NCBI GenBank assembly: GCA_937863565.1
Contig: CALMGJ010000009.1
Coordinates: 62,001 to 126,000 of the forward strand
DNA: 64,000 nucleotides
Origin: an uncultured bacterium
Lineage (GTDB): Bacteria > AUK180
Direction of reading: 5' to 3'
Shown: positions 9,416 through 19,817 of the stretch, one piece after another
Layout: every line of letters starts with the position of its first letter
How positions within the stretch are numbered: the stretch's first letter is position 1
Translations under genes and position numbers: made by a program
Notes under the pieces: model-generated
Told to the model about the DNA's origin: nothing
Database searches by the model: none
What the model saw: only the letters and a program-made list of their open reading frames with translations

Positions 9416-12267
9416 ATCGTTTCTCCCTCGGCATTGCCGCCTTTTATATATGATACCAGAATTTCGAATATTTTAAAACTGATGTCCGGATTGTTGAGGA
9501 TAAAGATCCTGAAAAGGTCTTTAGGTATCTCTAGCATAACGGATTCTTCAAGCGCTTTAACGGAGGCAAGCGTTTCGCCTTCCGAGAGTATGGAGAGTTC
9601 CCCGAACCACCCGCCGGGATAGAGTCTTTTAATAGGCGAGTTTATCATGCCCGAGCGCCTGAAAACCTCTACGCTGCCGTTTTTTACGATGAATATCTTC
9701 TCTCCCTGCTGGCCTTCCTTGATGATGAGATCGTCTTTCTTATACTGTTTTTCTTTGGCCATCATGGCAATGACCTCGAGCTTGCTCACCGGGATGCCGC
9801 TGAAAATGTCAACTCCCTTTAATAGGATAAGGTTTTGAACCATTCTGTCCATGAACTCGTTCTCCTTTTTAATGAACCGGTCCTCGTAGCTTTTTAAAAA
9901 TCCGTATTTACCGGTTATGTAATTTATCACCGAGCTCTCGTTGGAGGCAACCTCAAGAGGTTCTCGGCGCTTTATCTTTTTTATCGACCTCTTGCCGATG
10001 ATGATATCTGCTATCTCGAATACCTCGGCAAGTACGGCACTCTTCACACCCCGGGTTTTCTGAATTTTTTCTTCGTAATAAAGAAGTATCTCCGATGTTA
10101 TATATGGCGTTTTCAGATTAAGTTCCTTCCAGAGCCCGAAATCCTCTTCGTCCATGAAATAACAAAGGGCGGTCTGGATCATATTAAGGCACTTCTCGTG
10201 CATATAATCGTAATAGAAAGGATCAAATTGCTGATGGCCGAGCACTTCCTTGTATAGAAGAAGGAAAAGCCACAGTTCCCGGATCTCTTTCTCTATCACG
10301 GAATAGGCCGCATTTATCCGCAGCCGCATCCTTTCCCCGAATGTCGAGAGATTCAACACCTGATATTTCAGGTCGTCGGACATTTCCTCGTAGTGGGAAT
10401 ACAGAAGAGCGTTTAATTCAAATAATTTATATGCACGTATCAAGAATATCAGATCTTCCGCCGCCTTGGCCGAATATTCCGCTTTTGAAGTGTCATACTC
10501 GATGAAAGGTGCCGTATATGGCCTTTCCATGACCGCCGCGATCACTTCGTTCAGGGAGGAGACCTTGATCTTTTCTCCGCTGACCTTTCCGTAAAGTACT
10601 TTAGCGCGGTCAATGGTCATCCGGCGCAGTACTTCTTCCATGCCGGGAAGTTTATCTACGGCTGCTGGGGTGATCTTATTTTTGGAAAGCAGGGCCAGCA
10701 CCAGCTCCGATCTGAACAAGAGACCGCAGGATGCCGAATATTCAAGAGCCTCTGCTTCCGTATAAATTTCCGCAAGATAGGCGGAAAGCGATTCGGGATT
10801 GCGTATGCTTTGTACTGTGACGAAAGGGACAAGTTCTTCCGGCGGCAGTTTTTCCCTGTTCTTTATCAGCCTGTATATACGGAATTCGGGATCTTTTTCG
10901 GCAAGCGCCACCCCGTCGGGGAACGGTGTGACCGCAGTGTAACTGAATTCATCGCTTTCTATCTTGTTGGACAGAAGTTCATTTTCCGTTTTGATCTTCT
11001 TATAAAAAGCCTTGAAGTATTCCTTCCGGAGAAAAAGCGAGGCGACAAAGTACAGGAAGGCGGAAGCTGCCGTTATGATAGTAAGCGCTCTGAGCGGAAT
11101 GCCTCTTATCCATAAGAGGACCGTCCCTGCAAGTATCATTGATCCGGGCCTGAGGACCCCCTCCACGAACGATATGATCTTGCCTTTATAGAAAAGAGGG
11201 AAGGGATTGTAGCCGAATTGTACTCCGGGTTCCTCGAAGAGTTTTTTGAAAATATCGGCTCCCATTTTCACTCCGAGGGTCCCGTAGAAAGAGTTGATGG
11301 GAATGATGAAGATTGAAGCCAGGGTCATCGCGGCCGGGAAGATGATAAAGATATTGATCGTGCCGATGAACGGGATGAGCCTTGAGAACAGAAAATTCTG
11401 GAAAAGGGAAATAGAAGTGTTTATAATGCCGTTCAGCATGCCGAACCAGACGGACATATCTTCCGCCTTCAGGCCGATCTCGCTCAAGTTCTTTCTGAAA
11501 TTGTAATCGACAAGGACCATGAAAAAAACGGATAGAGCAATGCTTACGGTGAACCACATCAGGTACTTCGATCTTATTGAGAATATCTCCTTGAGTTCCG
11601 TCTTAACTTTTTTGGGCATGACCTTCTCGAAAAGATCGTTCTTTAAAAAACTCCTAACATTCCTTTTCGGAAGTGTCCTGTGATAATATATGGCCACAAG
11701 ATTGAAGATAGAGGCGATGGGAAGGTAATAGACCAGTTTTACGAACTTGAAATACCTGGAGACGAAGGCTATGAAGAAACTCGTGAATCCGACGGCGGCG
11801 GCGGCGCCTGCCAGGATGAAAGGGATCACCTTTTTCCTTTCCTTTGAATCCATTCCTTCATTGATTATCGTGTAATACAGAATGAGGAACACGGCAAGGA
11901 AAACATCCTTGTAGAGAAAAGCGAAGAAGTATAAAAGACCGCTTTTCGGGAAAGCCCAGAACAGGATATATAGCGCACCCGAGATGGCCAGCAGAATATT
12001 GAGTATCCTTCTTTTTTCGATCCTTGAGGTGAATAGCGAAAAGAGAAGAGAGAACAGCATTATGACCATCGGGCTCAGTATATATATCTGAGGAAGATGG
12101 CTAAAACCTGTACTGTTCAGAAAAAGGACATCGATGGCATTGTTGGCGAATGCGTACCCGATCATGGCGTATTTCAGAACCGCGCGGTACCCGGCCGCCA
12201 TGAAGAAAGTCCTTTCATCTATCCCGAACGCTTTCGAATAAATATCCTTAAAGTCGATCTTAGCCAC
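9412..12267 (-). CDS. Npt/TLC-like MFS membrane domain + helical linker + C-terminal cyclic-nucleotide-binding domain
   Basis: About 12 TM in the N-terminal ~415 aa; C-terminal LLKGVDIFS...IIKEG..G..IFIV..G.V...GELSIL cNMP signature. Confidence 0.72.
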   Translation of the reverse strand: MAKIDFKDIYSKAFGIDERTFFMAAGYRAVLKYAMIGYAFANNAIDVLFLNSTGFSHLPQIYILSPMVIMLFSLLFSLFTSRIEKRRILNILLAISGALYILFWAFPKSGLLYFFAFLYKDVFLAVFLILYYTIINEGMDSKERKKVIPFILAGAAAAVGFTSFFIAFVSRYFKFVKLVYYLPIASIFNLVAIYYHRTLPKRNVRSFLKNDLFEKVMPKKVKTELKEIFSIRSKYLMWFTVSIALSVFFMVLVDYNFRKNLSEIGLKAEDMSVWFGMLNGIINTSISLFQNFLFSRLIPFIGTINIFIIFPAAMTLASIFIIPINSFYGTLGVKMGADIFKKLFEEPGVQFGYNPFPLFYKGKIISFVEGVLRPGSMILAGTVLLWIRGIPLRALTIITAASAFLYFVASLFLRKEYFKAFYKKIKTENELLSNKIESDEFSYTAVTPFPDGVALAEKDPEFRIYRLIKNREKLPPEELVPFVTVQSIRNPESLSAYLAEIYTEAEALEYSASCGLLFRSELVLALLSKNKITPAAVDKLPGMEEVLRRMTIDRAKVLYGKVSGEKIKVSSLNEVIAAVMERPYTAPFIEYDTSKAEYSAKAAEDLIFLIRAYKLFELNALLYSHYEEMSDDLKYQVLNLSTFGERMRLRINAAYSVIEKEIRELWLFLLLYKEVLGHQQFDPFYYDYMHEKCLNMIQTALCYFMDEEDFGLWKELNLKTPYITSEILLYYEEKIQKTRGVKSAVLAEVFEIADIIIGKRSIKKIKRREPLEVASNESSVINYITGKYGFLKSYEDRFIKKENEFMDRMVQNLILLKGVDIFSGIPVSKLEVIAMMAKEKQYKKDDLIIKEGQQGEKIFIVKNGSVEVFRRSGMINSPIKRLYPGGWFGELSILSEGETLASVKALEESVMLEIPKDLFRIFILNNPDISFKIFEILVSYIKGGNAEGETI

Positions 12268-13159
12268 GCGTGTTCTTGATGTCTTTTTCTATGATCGCTT
12301 TGAGATCGTCCTTGCTTCCTACCTTTTTTAGATTCCTTACGAACTTTTCCAGATGAATGCTCAAAGTCTCTCCGTATATCTCTTTGGTGAACCCGTCCAT
12401 CCAGATCTCAAGATGGGTATCTTCTTCGGGAAGCATTGATGCGGCGCCGATGCAGGCCAAAGAGAAGAATTTCTCTCCGCCGTAATACGAGTATCCCGAA
12501 TAAACCCCCGGCTTCGGAAGTATTTTATTCTGAACATTGAGATTGGCCGTGGGGAATCCTATGATGCGGCCTTCCTTCTTTCCATGCATCACTGTTCCGG
12601 AGATCATATATTTACGGCCGAGAAATCTTTCCGCTTCGTCAAAGCGGCACTCCGTGATGAGCGACCGGATCAACGATGCCGAAACGGGAGTGCGGCCCAT
12701 CCTGAATATGGGTGCAATATTTACATCAATATTTTTCTTTTTTAAATGATTCCTGATGAATTGGGGGTGACCGCGAGCCTGATTCCCGAACTTGAAATTC
12801 CTGCCCACAACGATCTGCCTGACATCGGTAAGCCTCATAATGTAATCCACGAAATCCGGTGGTGTCATTTTAGAGAAATTCGCTGTAAACTCGACAAAAA
12901 AAACCGTATCGATGCCCTGCTCTTCAAAGATCTTGATCTTCTCGTCATATGTAGTGAGAAGAAAATTGTCGGTTCGCGAATGCAGGACTATCTCAGGGTG
13001 AGGGTAGAAAGTGATGATCCCTATCTTCTCATTGTCTTTTTTCAGGGACCGGGCCTTCTCTATAAGCTTCAAATGCCCGGAATGCACGCCGTCGAAATTT
13101 CCGATGATGAGAATATGCTCTTCGGCAAGAAATGTATCGGGCCCCCAGAATATCTTCAT
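12260..13159 (-). CDS. ribF: Bifunctional riboflavin kinase/FAD synthetase
   Basis: GNFDGVHSGH, TFYPHP, VGRNFKFG, GR.IGFPTAN. Confidence 0.92.
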   Translation of the reverse strand: MKIFWGPDTFLAEEHILIIGNFDGVHSGHLKLIEKARSLKKDNEKIGIITFYPHPEIVLHSRTDNFLLTTYDEKIKIFEEQGIDTVFFVEFTANFSKMTPPDFVDYIMRLTDVRQIVVGRNFKFGNQARGHPQFIRNHLKKKNIDVNIAPIFRMGRTPVSASLIRSLITECRFDEAERFLGRKYMISGTVMHGKKEGRIIGFPTANLNVQNKILPKPGVYSGYSYYGGEKFFSLACIGAASMLPEEDTHLEIWMDGFTKEIYGETLSIHLEKFVRNLKKVGSKDDLKAIIEKDIKNTRG

Positions 13160-13843
13160 TTAAAGAGTGATCTCGTACCCTCCTCTTGTAAGTCTGGTCA
13201 CATTGTATTCTTTGTCGATGGTCACTTCTATCTTGAAGGGTGAAATGGAAATAACATTACCTTCCTCTCCCCTGCTTTTGATCTTTCCTGAAACATTCAC
13301 CACATTAAAGCCGGTGGTCTGGGCCGCGGCGGCATTATCAATGCTTCCCGCACCGGCATCATCCGTATAGAGGGGGATATGCATCCTCAATTTAAATTTT
13401 TCCGTTTTGAGAATGTCGAGTTCCTTGAGAAGATAATGCCATGATGCCGGGAGATCCGGGAAGAATATGCCGTCGGAATCCTTGTTCTGGGCGGGGATCT
13501 CCTTCAGTATATCGCCGGTCTCATTGTAGATATTGAGAAGCGTCTCCTCTTCCTTTGTGATCTCGTATATCTTCTTGTGATCACGGTCCGTTACGCGGAG
13601 TTTTTCTATGAATCCCTTTTCATCGATCAGGATCTGCATCTCCTTATTAAGTCCCTTTAAGAACGTTATCTTGAAAAGGAATACGTTCCTTGAGGATCCA
13701 TCTACGTCCTTCTTGGAGGTAGAGAGCAGTACTTCTTTCATTTCTGCGGTTTTACCGTCCGTTTTACATTTATACGACACGGAAACATTAGGCTTGTAGG
13801 CTTTAATGAGCAGGCCCAATAATGAAATAATAAGGAAGATCAA
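13160..13843 (-). CDS. Hypothetical protein, possibly exported
   Basis: Hydrophobic N-terminus; abuts ribF and overlaps the NUDIX gene by 4 nt. Confidence 0.6.
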   Translation of the reverse strand: MIFLIISLLGLLIKAYKPNVSVSYKCKTDGKTAEMKEVLLSTSKKDVDGSSRNVFLFKITFLKGLNKEMQILIDEKGFIEKLRVTDRDHKKIYEITKEEETLLNIYNETGDILKEIPAQNKDSDGIFFPDLPASWHYLLKELDILKTEKFKLRMHIPLYTDDAGAGSIDNAAAAQTTGFNVVNVSGKIKSRGEEGNVISISPFKIEVTIDKEYNVTRLTRGGYEITL

Positions 13844-14331
13844 TTGGAGTTTTCTAATTTTACCCTCTCCCCGGTCTTTCTGAATCTGAAGTAATCCGAT
13901 AGGATCCGCCGATGATCGAATGCGATCTCTTCAGGCAGACCGCCCTCTACAAAGATGCCGGCCTCGGCCGCGTCGTCCGCAGCCCGGGGCGTTCCCGATG
14001 CTCTGGCAATAAATACCGTTGCGATCGTGTGATGCCTTGGGTCCCTGGCCGGGCTGGAATAAGTGAAGAATTGCTCCAGAAGCGTCACCTTCAGGGATGT
14101 CTCCTCTTCAGCCTCTCTTTCCGCGGCGTCCTCAAGCGATTCCCCGTGATCAATAAAACCCCCGGGAAGCGCCCATCCGTATGGAGGGTTCTTCCTTTTA
14201 ATGAGAACGATCCCGCCCCCGCCGCATTCAATAATGATATCTACCGTCGGGAACGGATTTCTCGGATTATCCATTTTTTTATCCATTTTGTTATTATATG
14301 GTTTTATCTCTTTATTTTCAACTTTTTCCAT
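13840..14331 (-). CDS. NUDIX hydrolase
   Basis: Nudix box [32 protein letters not shown]. Confidence 0.92.
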   Translation of the reverse strand: MEKVENKEIKPYNNKMDKKMDNPRNPFPTVDIIIECGGGGIVLIKRKNPPYGWALPGGFIDHGESLEDAAEREAEEETSLKVTLLEQFFTYSSPARDPRHHTIATVFIARASGTPRAADDAAEAGIFVEGGLPEEIAFDHRRILSDYFRFRKTGERVKLENSN

Positions 14332-14783
14332 ACATCGTCCATGCGCCTCTCTATGGTGAGCATATATTTTTTAATATTCGCATCACCTGTAAACTTAAAG
14401 GCATTTTTTATGCCAATTACATGATGGCACGGAACGATAAGGGGCAAGGGGTTAATAGCCATACAGCTACCCGCAAATCTTCCACCATTGGGGAATCCGG
14501 CTTTTTTAGCCAATTCTCCGTATGTAAGCACACTGTCCCAATTTTTATATAATGTCATAAGAAGCCTGTACTGATTTTTCGTAACACCGGTTATTTTAAA
14601 GGGCGGCATCTCTTCAATGTTCCCGGTATTGAAGTAATTTCGGAATACTTTATCGTATACGCGGGTTGTCGGGACCGGTTTTGCATCGATATCCAGAAGC
14701 GTTCTCACAATATCCTTACCCTCTGTCCAGTAAACGAATGTCCAGTCGGCATATGGCACGATACCTACTTTTTCCATGATCAC
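14304..14783 (-). CDS. ogt: Methylated-DNA--protein-cysteine methyltransferase
   Basis: [16 protein letters not shown] active-site motif (PCHH rather than PCHR). Confidence 0.85.
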   Translation of the reverse strand: MIMEKVGIVPYADWTFVYWTEGKDIVRTLLDIDAKPVPTTRVYDKVFRNYFNTGNIEEMPPFKITGVTKNQYRLLMTLYKNWDSVLTYGELAKKAGFPNGGRFAGSCMAINPLPLIVPCHHVIGIKNAFKFTGDANIKKYMLTIERRMDDVWKKLKIKR

Positions 14784-16045
14784 CTCCTTCTGAAAACCGC
14801 CATCGAGAATCCCACGGGGAATTCGGCATTCGGGATTATTCTCAGATAATTGTCCTCCCTGAACTTTTCAAGCTGTGCGGGAATATTCGCATTATCCGCA
14901 AAAAGAGAACTTCTATTCTCCACTTCGGCGATGACGTCTTTGATCTCTTCTTTTAAAAAGCTGCATACCGCATAGATTATTCGGCCCTCCTTCTTGATGA
15001 GCCGCTCTGCGTTGAGGATCAGGTCCACCTGCAGCCTCTGAAGTTTCGATATGCCGCCCGCCTTGAGTTTATATTTCACATCAGGCCTTTTGGAGATAAC
15101 GCCGCTATTGGAACACGGCGCGTCGATGAAAACCGCATCGAAAGGCATATGCGATGCGAAAGTCCTGCCGTCGACGGAAAATGCGCCCGAGACCTTGATC
15201 TCCCAATTCTCAATGTTCTTTTTAAGCTGTTCGAATCTTCTGGATTCGGGTTCGTTCACCGTAATATCGATCTTACCGCCGCAAGCCGAATAGATCATGA
15301 AAGCCTTATTGCCTGGGGCGGAACATAGATCGAGTATTCTTTCGTTCTTCTGCGGATCAAGAAGAAGGACAGGTAATAGCGATGTCTTTTCAAAGATGAC
15401 GATCAGCCCGTTCGCGGCCGCTTTACGGGCCTGTTCATGTTCTTCTATCTCAAATATCCCGGGGTATACTTCCTTTCCTTTTAACGGGCACATCTCCTTC
15501 TTGAAGCGGTTCTCCATGAAAACGGACGGTGTTTCCGCATTGAGCGTTATGAACAATTCTTCCGTTTTGGATTTATTCATCTCCTCGGAAAGGGCAACGG
15601 TGAAGTCGATCGGAAACGAATACCTTGTGGCCATTTCCCTGATTTTGTTCTTCGGAAGTTCACAATTCTCTATTTTGCCGTCCGTTTGTCTCAGGATCTC
15701 CCTCAGCATGAAATTGAGAAAGCCCTTATCCTTCTTGATCCGGGACAGCTCCACCCATTCATTCACGACATGATGCGGCTTCACGTTGAAAAAGATATCG
15801 TACAGGGCACAGAGCATGATCGAGCGGCTGTTCTTGGAAAGCTTCTGTCCCTTCTTGAGAGGAATCTCCATAATATATTCGAGCAGGATTAGATTCCGGA
15901 TTATCCCCGTTACGGAACTGTAGAACGACCTTTTAACGGGAGCGCTGATGAAATTCTCCAGATATCGTTCTCTGAACTCGTTCAGATTGTCGCGTTCCGG
16001 ATTGAATTCGTCAAAAAAAGCCGTTAGCGCCTCTCTTTCATTCAT
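14780..16045 (-). CDS. rsmB: RsmB/Sun-like RNA m5C methyltransferase with NusB-like N-terminus
   Basis: VNEWVEL..KGFLN..LR, LDLCSAPGNK, DAPCSNSG, YAVCS. Confidence 0.82.
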   Translation of the reverse strand: MNEREALTAFFDEFNPERDNLNEFRERYLENFISAPVKRSFYSSVTGIIRNLILLEYIMEIPLKKGQKLSKNSRSIMLCALYDIFFNVKPHHVVNEWVELSRIKKDKGFLNFMLREILRQTDGKIENCELPKNKIREMATRYSFPIDFTVALSEEMNKSKTEELFITLNAETPSVFMENRFKKEMCPLKGKEVYPGIFEIEEHEQARKAAANGLIVIFEKTSLLPVLLLDPQKNERILDLCSAPGNKAFMIYSACGGKIDITVNEPESRRFEQLKKNIENWEIKVSGAFSVDGRTFASHMPFDAVFIDAPCSNSGVISKRPDVKYKLKAGGISKLQRLQVDLILNAERLIKKEGRIIYAVCSFLKEEIKDVIAEVENRSSLFADNANIPAQLEKFREDNYLRIIPNAEFPVGFSMAVFRRR

Positions 16046-16439
16046 CGCCGATAACCTTTATATGCACCTTTCTCGTGCGGGGTCCGTCGAATTCACAAAA
16101 GAAAACGGCCTGCCATTGTCCCAGGATGGGAATGCCATTTTCTATGATAAGCGTTTTGGAAACCCCGACGATCAAGGATTTTATGTGACTGTCCGAATTG
16201 CCTTCTGCGTGAAGGAAGGCTCCGTTCTCCGGAACAAGTTTGGAAAGATGGGCCAATATATCAGTTTTAACGGCGGGGTCGGCTCTTTCATTGATCGTTA
16301 TCCCGGCCGTCGTATGTTCGCAATACACGATAACGATCCCGTTCTTCACTCCGCTTTTTGCCACAGTATCCTTAACCCGGGCCGTAATATCCGTCAGTTC
16401 ATTACGGCGGGCCGTTCTTATGTCAATATGCTCGAGCAT
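16038..16439 (-). CDS. yjbQ: YjbQ/UPF0047 family protein
   Basis: HTTAGITINE, H.EGNSDSHIKS, LGQWQ.VFFCEFDGPR; GGAGG upstream. Confidence 0.92.
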   Translation of the reverse strand: MLEHIDIRTARRNELTDITARVKDTVAKSGVKNGIVIVYCEHTTAGITINERADPAVKTDILAHLSKLVPENGAFLHAEGNSDSHIKSLIVGVSKTLIIENGIPILGQWQAVFFCEFDGPRTRKVHIKVIGDE

Positions 16440-16589
16440 ATTCCCTCCGTCCCGGTATATCCCGGAAAATCATCCGTTATGCCAATTTACATTTGCAAGA
16501 CAAGTACCGAGCGATACGTTTGAAGAGATCCCGCGAAAACCAGCGCTATATCGTATCTGTTGAAAAAAGTGAATTATTCCGCTTAATGA

Positions 16590-16775
16590 TTAGCTTTTGC
16601 CTTTCTTATGAAAATACATCGCAAAGAGTATAAGAAGGCCGGATAACATGAAAAAGCTTCGCGGAGCTGTATTGAACGTGATATTCGACAGCATCGGATA
16701 GAGTATCTTCGCGAGAACCCCGATCAAAAGAGAGATCAACGAAAGAATGAACGCGATCTTTTCACAAATTTTCAT
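16590..16775 (-). CDS. Small 2-TM membrane protein (61 aa)
   Basis: MKICEKIAF... starts at ATG 16775 with GGAGG 8 nt upstream and its own promoter. The longer ORF-track start (16847) lies upstream of that promoter. Confidence 0.7.
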   Translation of the reverse strand: MKICEKIAFILSLISLLIGVLAKILYPMLSNITFNTAPRSFFMLSGLLILFAMYFHKKGKS

Positions 16776-16799
16776 ACGGTGTACCTCCAATTCCGTGAA

Positions 16800-16828
16800 A
16801 TTATACCCGTTAATTCCGGAAAAGTCAA
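16800..16828 (-). promoter_or_regulatory. Sigma70-type promoter of the small membrane protein gene
   Basis: TTGACT-N17-TATAAT on the minus strand. Confidence 0.75.
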
Positions 16829-16913
16829 TGTTTTTTTTTATTATCATTTTGGCATTCCGGGCATTTGCGGCATGAAAGGATCCGTGATAAACAGTATTTC
16901 TTACTTCCTTTCC

Positions 16914-16936
16914 GGTAAAAACACAGTATTTTTACC
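16914..16936. promoter_or_regulatory. Palindromic putative operator
   Basis: GGTAAAAA-N7-TTTTTACC, a perfect 8-bp inverted repeat in the divergent intergenic region. Confidence 0.45.
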
Positions 16937-17017
16937 CTTGGAGCTCTTCCGGACTTGAGATCATCTTTTACGGCGTCAAACGGGAGTTTGCCGGGTCAAT
17001 TCACGGATGTAGGTTTA

Positions 17018-17045
17018 TTGAAAAAAAACTTTAAAGTGTTATAAT
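17018..17045 (+). promoter_or_regulatory. Sigma70-type promoter of the symporter-CoA transferase-kor operon
   Basis: TTGAAA-N16-TATAAT with extended -10 TG; GGAGG RBS at 17062-17066. Confidence 0.72.
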
Positions 17046-17071
17046 AGCACGTTGCTTTCACGGAGGCTTAT

Positions 17072-18634
17072 ATGCTCTATCTTATGGTCATCATCTCGTA
17101 TTTTGTGCTTCTGGTGCTTCTGGGCATCTTCAATGCGAAGAAAGCGTCGAAATCATCCGATGATTACCTTATCGCAGGGAGGTCGCTCGGCCTTATGCTC
17201 GCCACGGCTTCCATAGTGGGAGAATGGCTTGGGGCGATGAGCACGATCGGCACGTCCGAGAGAGCTTTCTCGAGCGGTTTTTCGCCGATGTGGTACAATC
17301 TCTCCACCGCGCTCGGAATGGTCATTTTTTCAGTAACTCTCGCTTCGATCTACAGAAAGAACAATGTGCACACTGTCGGCGAAATGGTCGAGAAGATATA
17401 CTCTAAAAGCGCACGCATCTTCGTTTCCCTTGCCCTCGTGATAGCGTTTTTTGTTCTTTCCTTCATTCAACTCAAAGGCATAGGGGCCATGCTTTCCAGA
17501 TTACTGTCATTTGATATAGGCAATTTTCATGTCCATGTCTCCCCTGAATTGTCCATTGTTATCGCGGGCATCATTGTGACCGCATATGTATTCTTCGGAG
17601 GCCTTTGGTCTATCTCGTCGACGAATGTGCTGCATGTCGTGCTGATGTATTCAACTCTCATTCTGGCCTTCATTGTCGGCCTCGTAAAGGTCGGCGGATA
17701 TCACGGTCTTTTCGAAAAGATCGGTGCAGCGCTGGCAGCGCATCCTGACTGGTTCAGGAAGGCGACGGTAGCATCATTCAAATCCCCTGTTGGCATCGGA
17801 TATAAACTGATCCTTTCCTTCCTTCTGGGCGGCACTTTTTCCACATTCGCGTCACAGGCGGCGATACAGCCGGTCTTCGCCACTAAAGACATAAAAACGG
17901 CGAGAAACGCTTCTCTTCTTTCGGCGGCGTTCATCGCGCCGCTCGGTTTCATTGTCGCAACGCTCGGCATGATCGGCACGACCGGCATGTTCGGCTATCC
18001 TCTCAACGAGGCGGGGATGCCCATCGAAAAGGAGATCCTCCCTTATCTTTTCACCAATAGTGATTTTCTCCCGCCCATTCTCGGCTCACTTGCAATGGCC
18101 GGCATACTTGCCGCCATCCTTTCCACTATCGCACCTGTGATGTTTTCCGTTTCGACGATACTCACAAGGGATGTATACGGCCTTTTCATAAACAAGAATG
18201 CAAGCGATAAGGACCTCCTCAAGTTCTCACGGGCGGCAACGGCCGTGATCGGCTTTCTCATCATCCCGTGCGCCATCGCATTTCACGGATATATTCTCGA
18301 TACCGCATATCTGAGCTATGCCATAAGGGATGCGGCTTCGATCATCGTTCTTCTCGGCGTTTTCTGGGTCTTCAGGAAAGGCAATGAAAAATACAATTTC
18401 GTCACTGAAGCGGCCGTGAAAACGGCGATCATAGTGGCAACTGTAGCGGCGTGTTCCGTTGTCGTATTCGGGATCATAGTGAAAAGTAAGAACGGGCTGG
18501 CATACTGGAACTCGCATTACGGAAAATATATCTTCTTCGACAAGGTCTATATCTCCCTTATCACGACCACGTTCTTTTCGATCGTGATCTCTGTCCTCGA
18601 CAAAAGAAAAAGGCCTTATGTCCTCGAGAAGTGA
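17072..18634 (+). CDS. Sodium:solute symporter (SSS family)
   Basis: DYLIAGRSLG, Y..FGG, G..AA..ST, TRDVY; about 13 TM. Confidence 0.9.
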   Translation: MLYLMVIISYFVLLVLLGIFNAKKASKSSDDYLIAGRSLGLMLATASIVGEWLGAMSTIGTSERAFSSGFSPMWYNLSTALGMVIFSVTLASIYRKNNVHTVGEMVEKIYSKSARIFVSLALVIAFFVLSFIQLKGIGAMLSRLLSFDIGNFHVHVSPELSIVIAGIIVTAYVFFGGLWSISSTNVLHVVLMYSTLILAFIVGLVKVGGYHGLFEKIGAALAAHPDWFRKATVASFKSPVGIGYKLILSFLLGGTFSTFASQAAIQPVFATKDIKTARNASLLSAAFIAPLGFIVATLGMIGTTGMFGYPLNEAGMPIEKEILPYLFTNSDFLPPILGSLAMAGILAAILSTIAPVMFSVSTILTRDVYGLFINKNASDKDLLKFSRAATAVIGFLIIPCAIAFHGYILDTAYLSYAIRDAASIIVLLGVFWVFRKGNEKYNFVTEAAVKTAIIVATVAACSVVVFGIIVKSKNGLAYWNSHYGKYIFFDKVYISLITTTFFSIVISVLDKRKRPYVLEK

Positions 18635-18635
18635 T

Positions 18636-19817
18636 ATGAGGCCCCTTGAAGGAATAAAGGTACTGGACCTTTCCCGCGTTCTGGCGGGACCTACTGCCAC
18701 GGCCGTTCTCGGCGACCTCGGCTGCGATGTAATCAAGATCGAGAATCCGGACGGGGGGGATGAAACAAGGGGATGGGGACCGCCATGGGCGGGCACCGAA
18801 TCGGCATATTATCTTTCCGCGAACAGGAATAAAAGAAGCCTGACCCTGAACCTGAAACATCCCGAAGGGATAAAGATCGTGGAGCGTATACTCAAGGATT
18901 CCGATGTCGTTATCCTTAATTTTCCCGGAAAAAGGATCGAGAAACTCGGCTTCACCTATGATTGGGCGAAAAAGATAAAGCCGGACATCATCTGGGCCAA
19001 TATATCCGGGTTCGGCCTCACCGGGCCGAAAAAGGACCTTCCGGGATACGATATTCTTATTCAGGGAATGAGCGGGCTCATGAGCGTTACCGGAGAGGCG
19101 GACGGAGGCCCCGTCAAAGTAGGTGTGGCAGTGGCGGACGTTTTCACTGCTCTGTATACGGTCATCGCCATACTTGCCGCGCTGAAAAGGCGGACAGATA
19201 CCGGCGAGGGGACGGCTATAGACAACAGCCTTTACGAGTGTATGACCTCGGCGCTTGTCAATGTGGCCAACAATTATCTGATCGGAGGACTGGTCCCGAA
19301 AAGGTTCGGAACGGCACATCCCAATATCGTGCCATATCAGGCCTTCAAGGCCAGTGATATCCATATTATCGTAGGCGTTGGCAATGACCGGCAATTCAGG
19401 GAGTTCTCCGGGATACTGGGGAGACCGGAGTGGGCGGATGACGAAAGATTCTCTTCAAATGCCCTGAGGGTCAAGAACAGGAGGGTTCTTCTTCCGCTGA
19501 TAGAAGCGGAGATCTCAAAGCGCACAGCTGATGAATGGACGCTGCTTCTCGAAGAGAAAGAGATCCCTGTTGCTCCGATCAATACGATGGACAGGACATT
19601 CTCGGATGAGCAGTTCGGCGCCAGGGGTTTCATCCAGACGGTGCCTCACGTTTCGGGTGAGATAAAGCTTATGAAGAACCCCATTCATTTCAGCGATATG
19701 GATACGTCCATTTACCGTGCTCCGCCGACCCTCGGCGAACACACGGAAGAGATACTCGCACAGTACGGTTATTCGCCGGAGGATATCTTGCGTTTAAAAA
19801 AGGATAATGCGATATGA
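18636..19817 (+). CDS. Family III CoA-transferase (CaiB/BaiF)
   Basis: PLEGIKVLDLSRVLAGP, GDETRGWGPP, NRNKRS, GYD..IQG.SG, VAD (catalytic Asp), PPTLGEHT. Start taken at MRPLEG (ORF track gives 18618). Confidence 0.93.
   Translation: MRPLEGIKVLDLSRVLAGPTATAVLGDLGCDVIKIENPDGGDETRGWGPPWAGTESAYYLSANRNKRSLTLNLKHPEGIKIVERILKDSDVVILNFPGKRIEKLGFTYDWAKKIKPDIIWANISGFGLTGPKKDLPGYDILIQGMSGLMSVTGEADGGPVKVGVAVADVFTALYTVIAILAALKRRTDTGEGTAIDNSLYECMTSALVNVANNYLIGGLVPKRFGTAHPNIVPYQAFKASDIHIIVGVGNDRQFREFSGILGRPEWADDERFSSNALRVKNRRVLLPLIEAEISKRTADEWTLLLEEKEIPVAPINTMDRTFSDEQFGARGFIQTVPHVSGEIKLMKNPIHFSDMDTSIYRAPPTLGEHTEEILAQYGYSPEDILRLKKDNAI

Noticed and set aside
18227-19394. Long antisense ORFs (also 44271-45050, 56086-56778, 59254-60105)
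   Set aside because: They are shadow frames fully opposite well-supported genes and have no recognisable domains.
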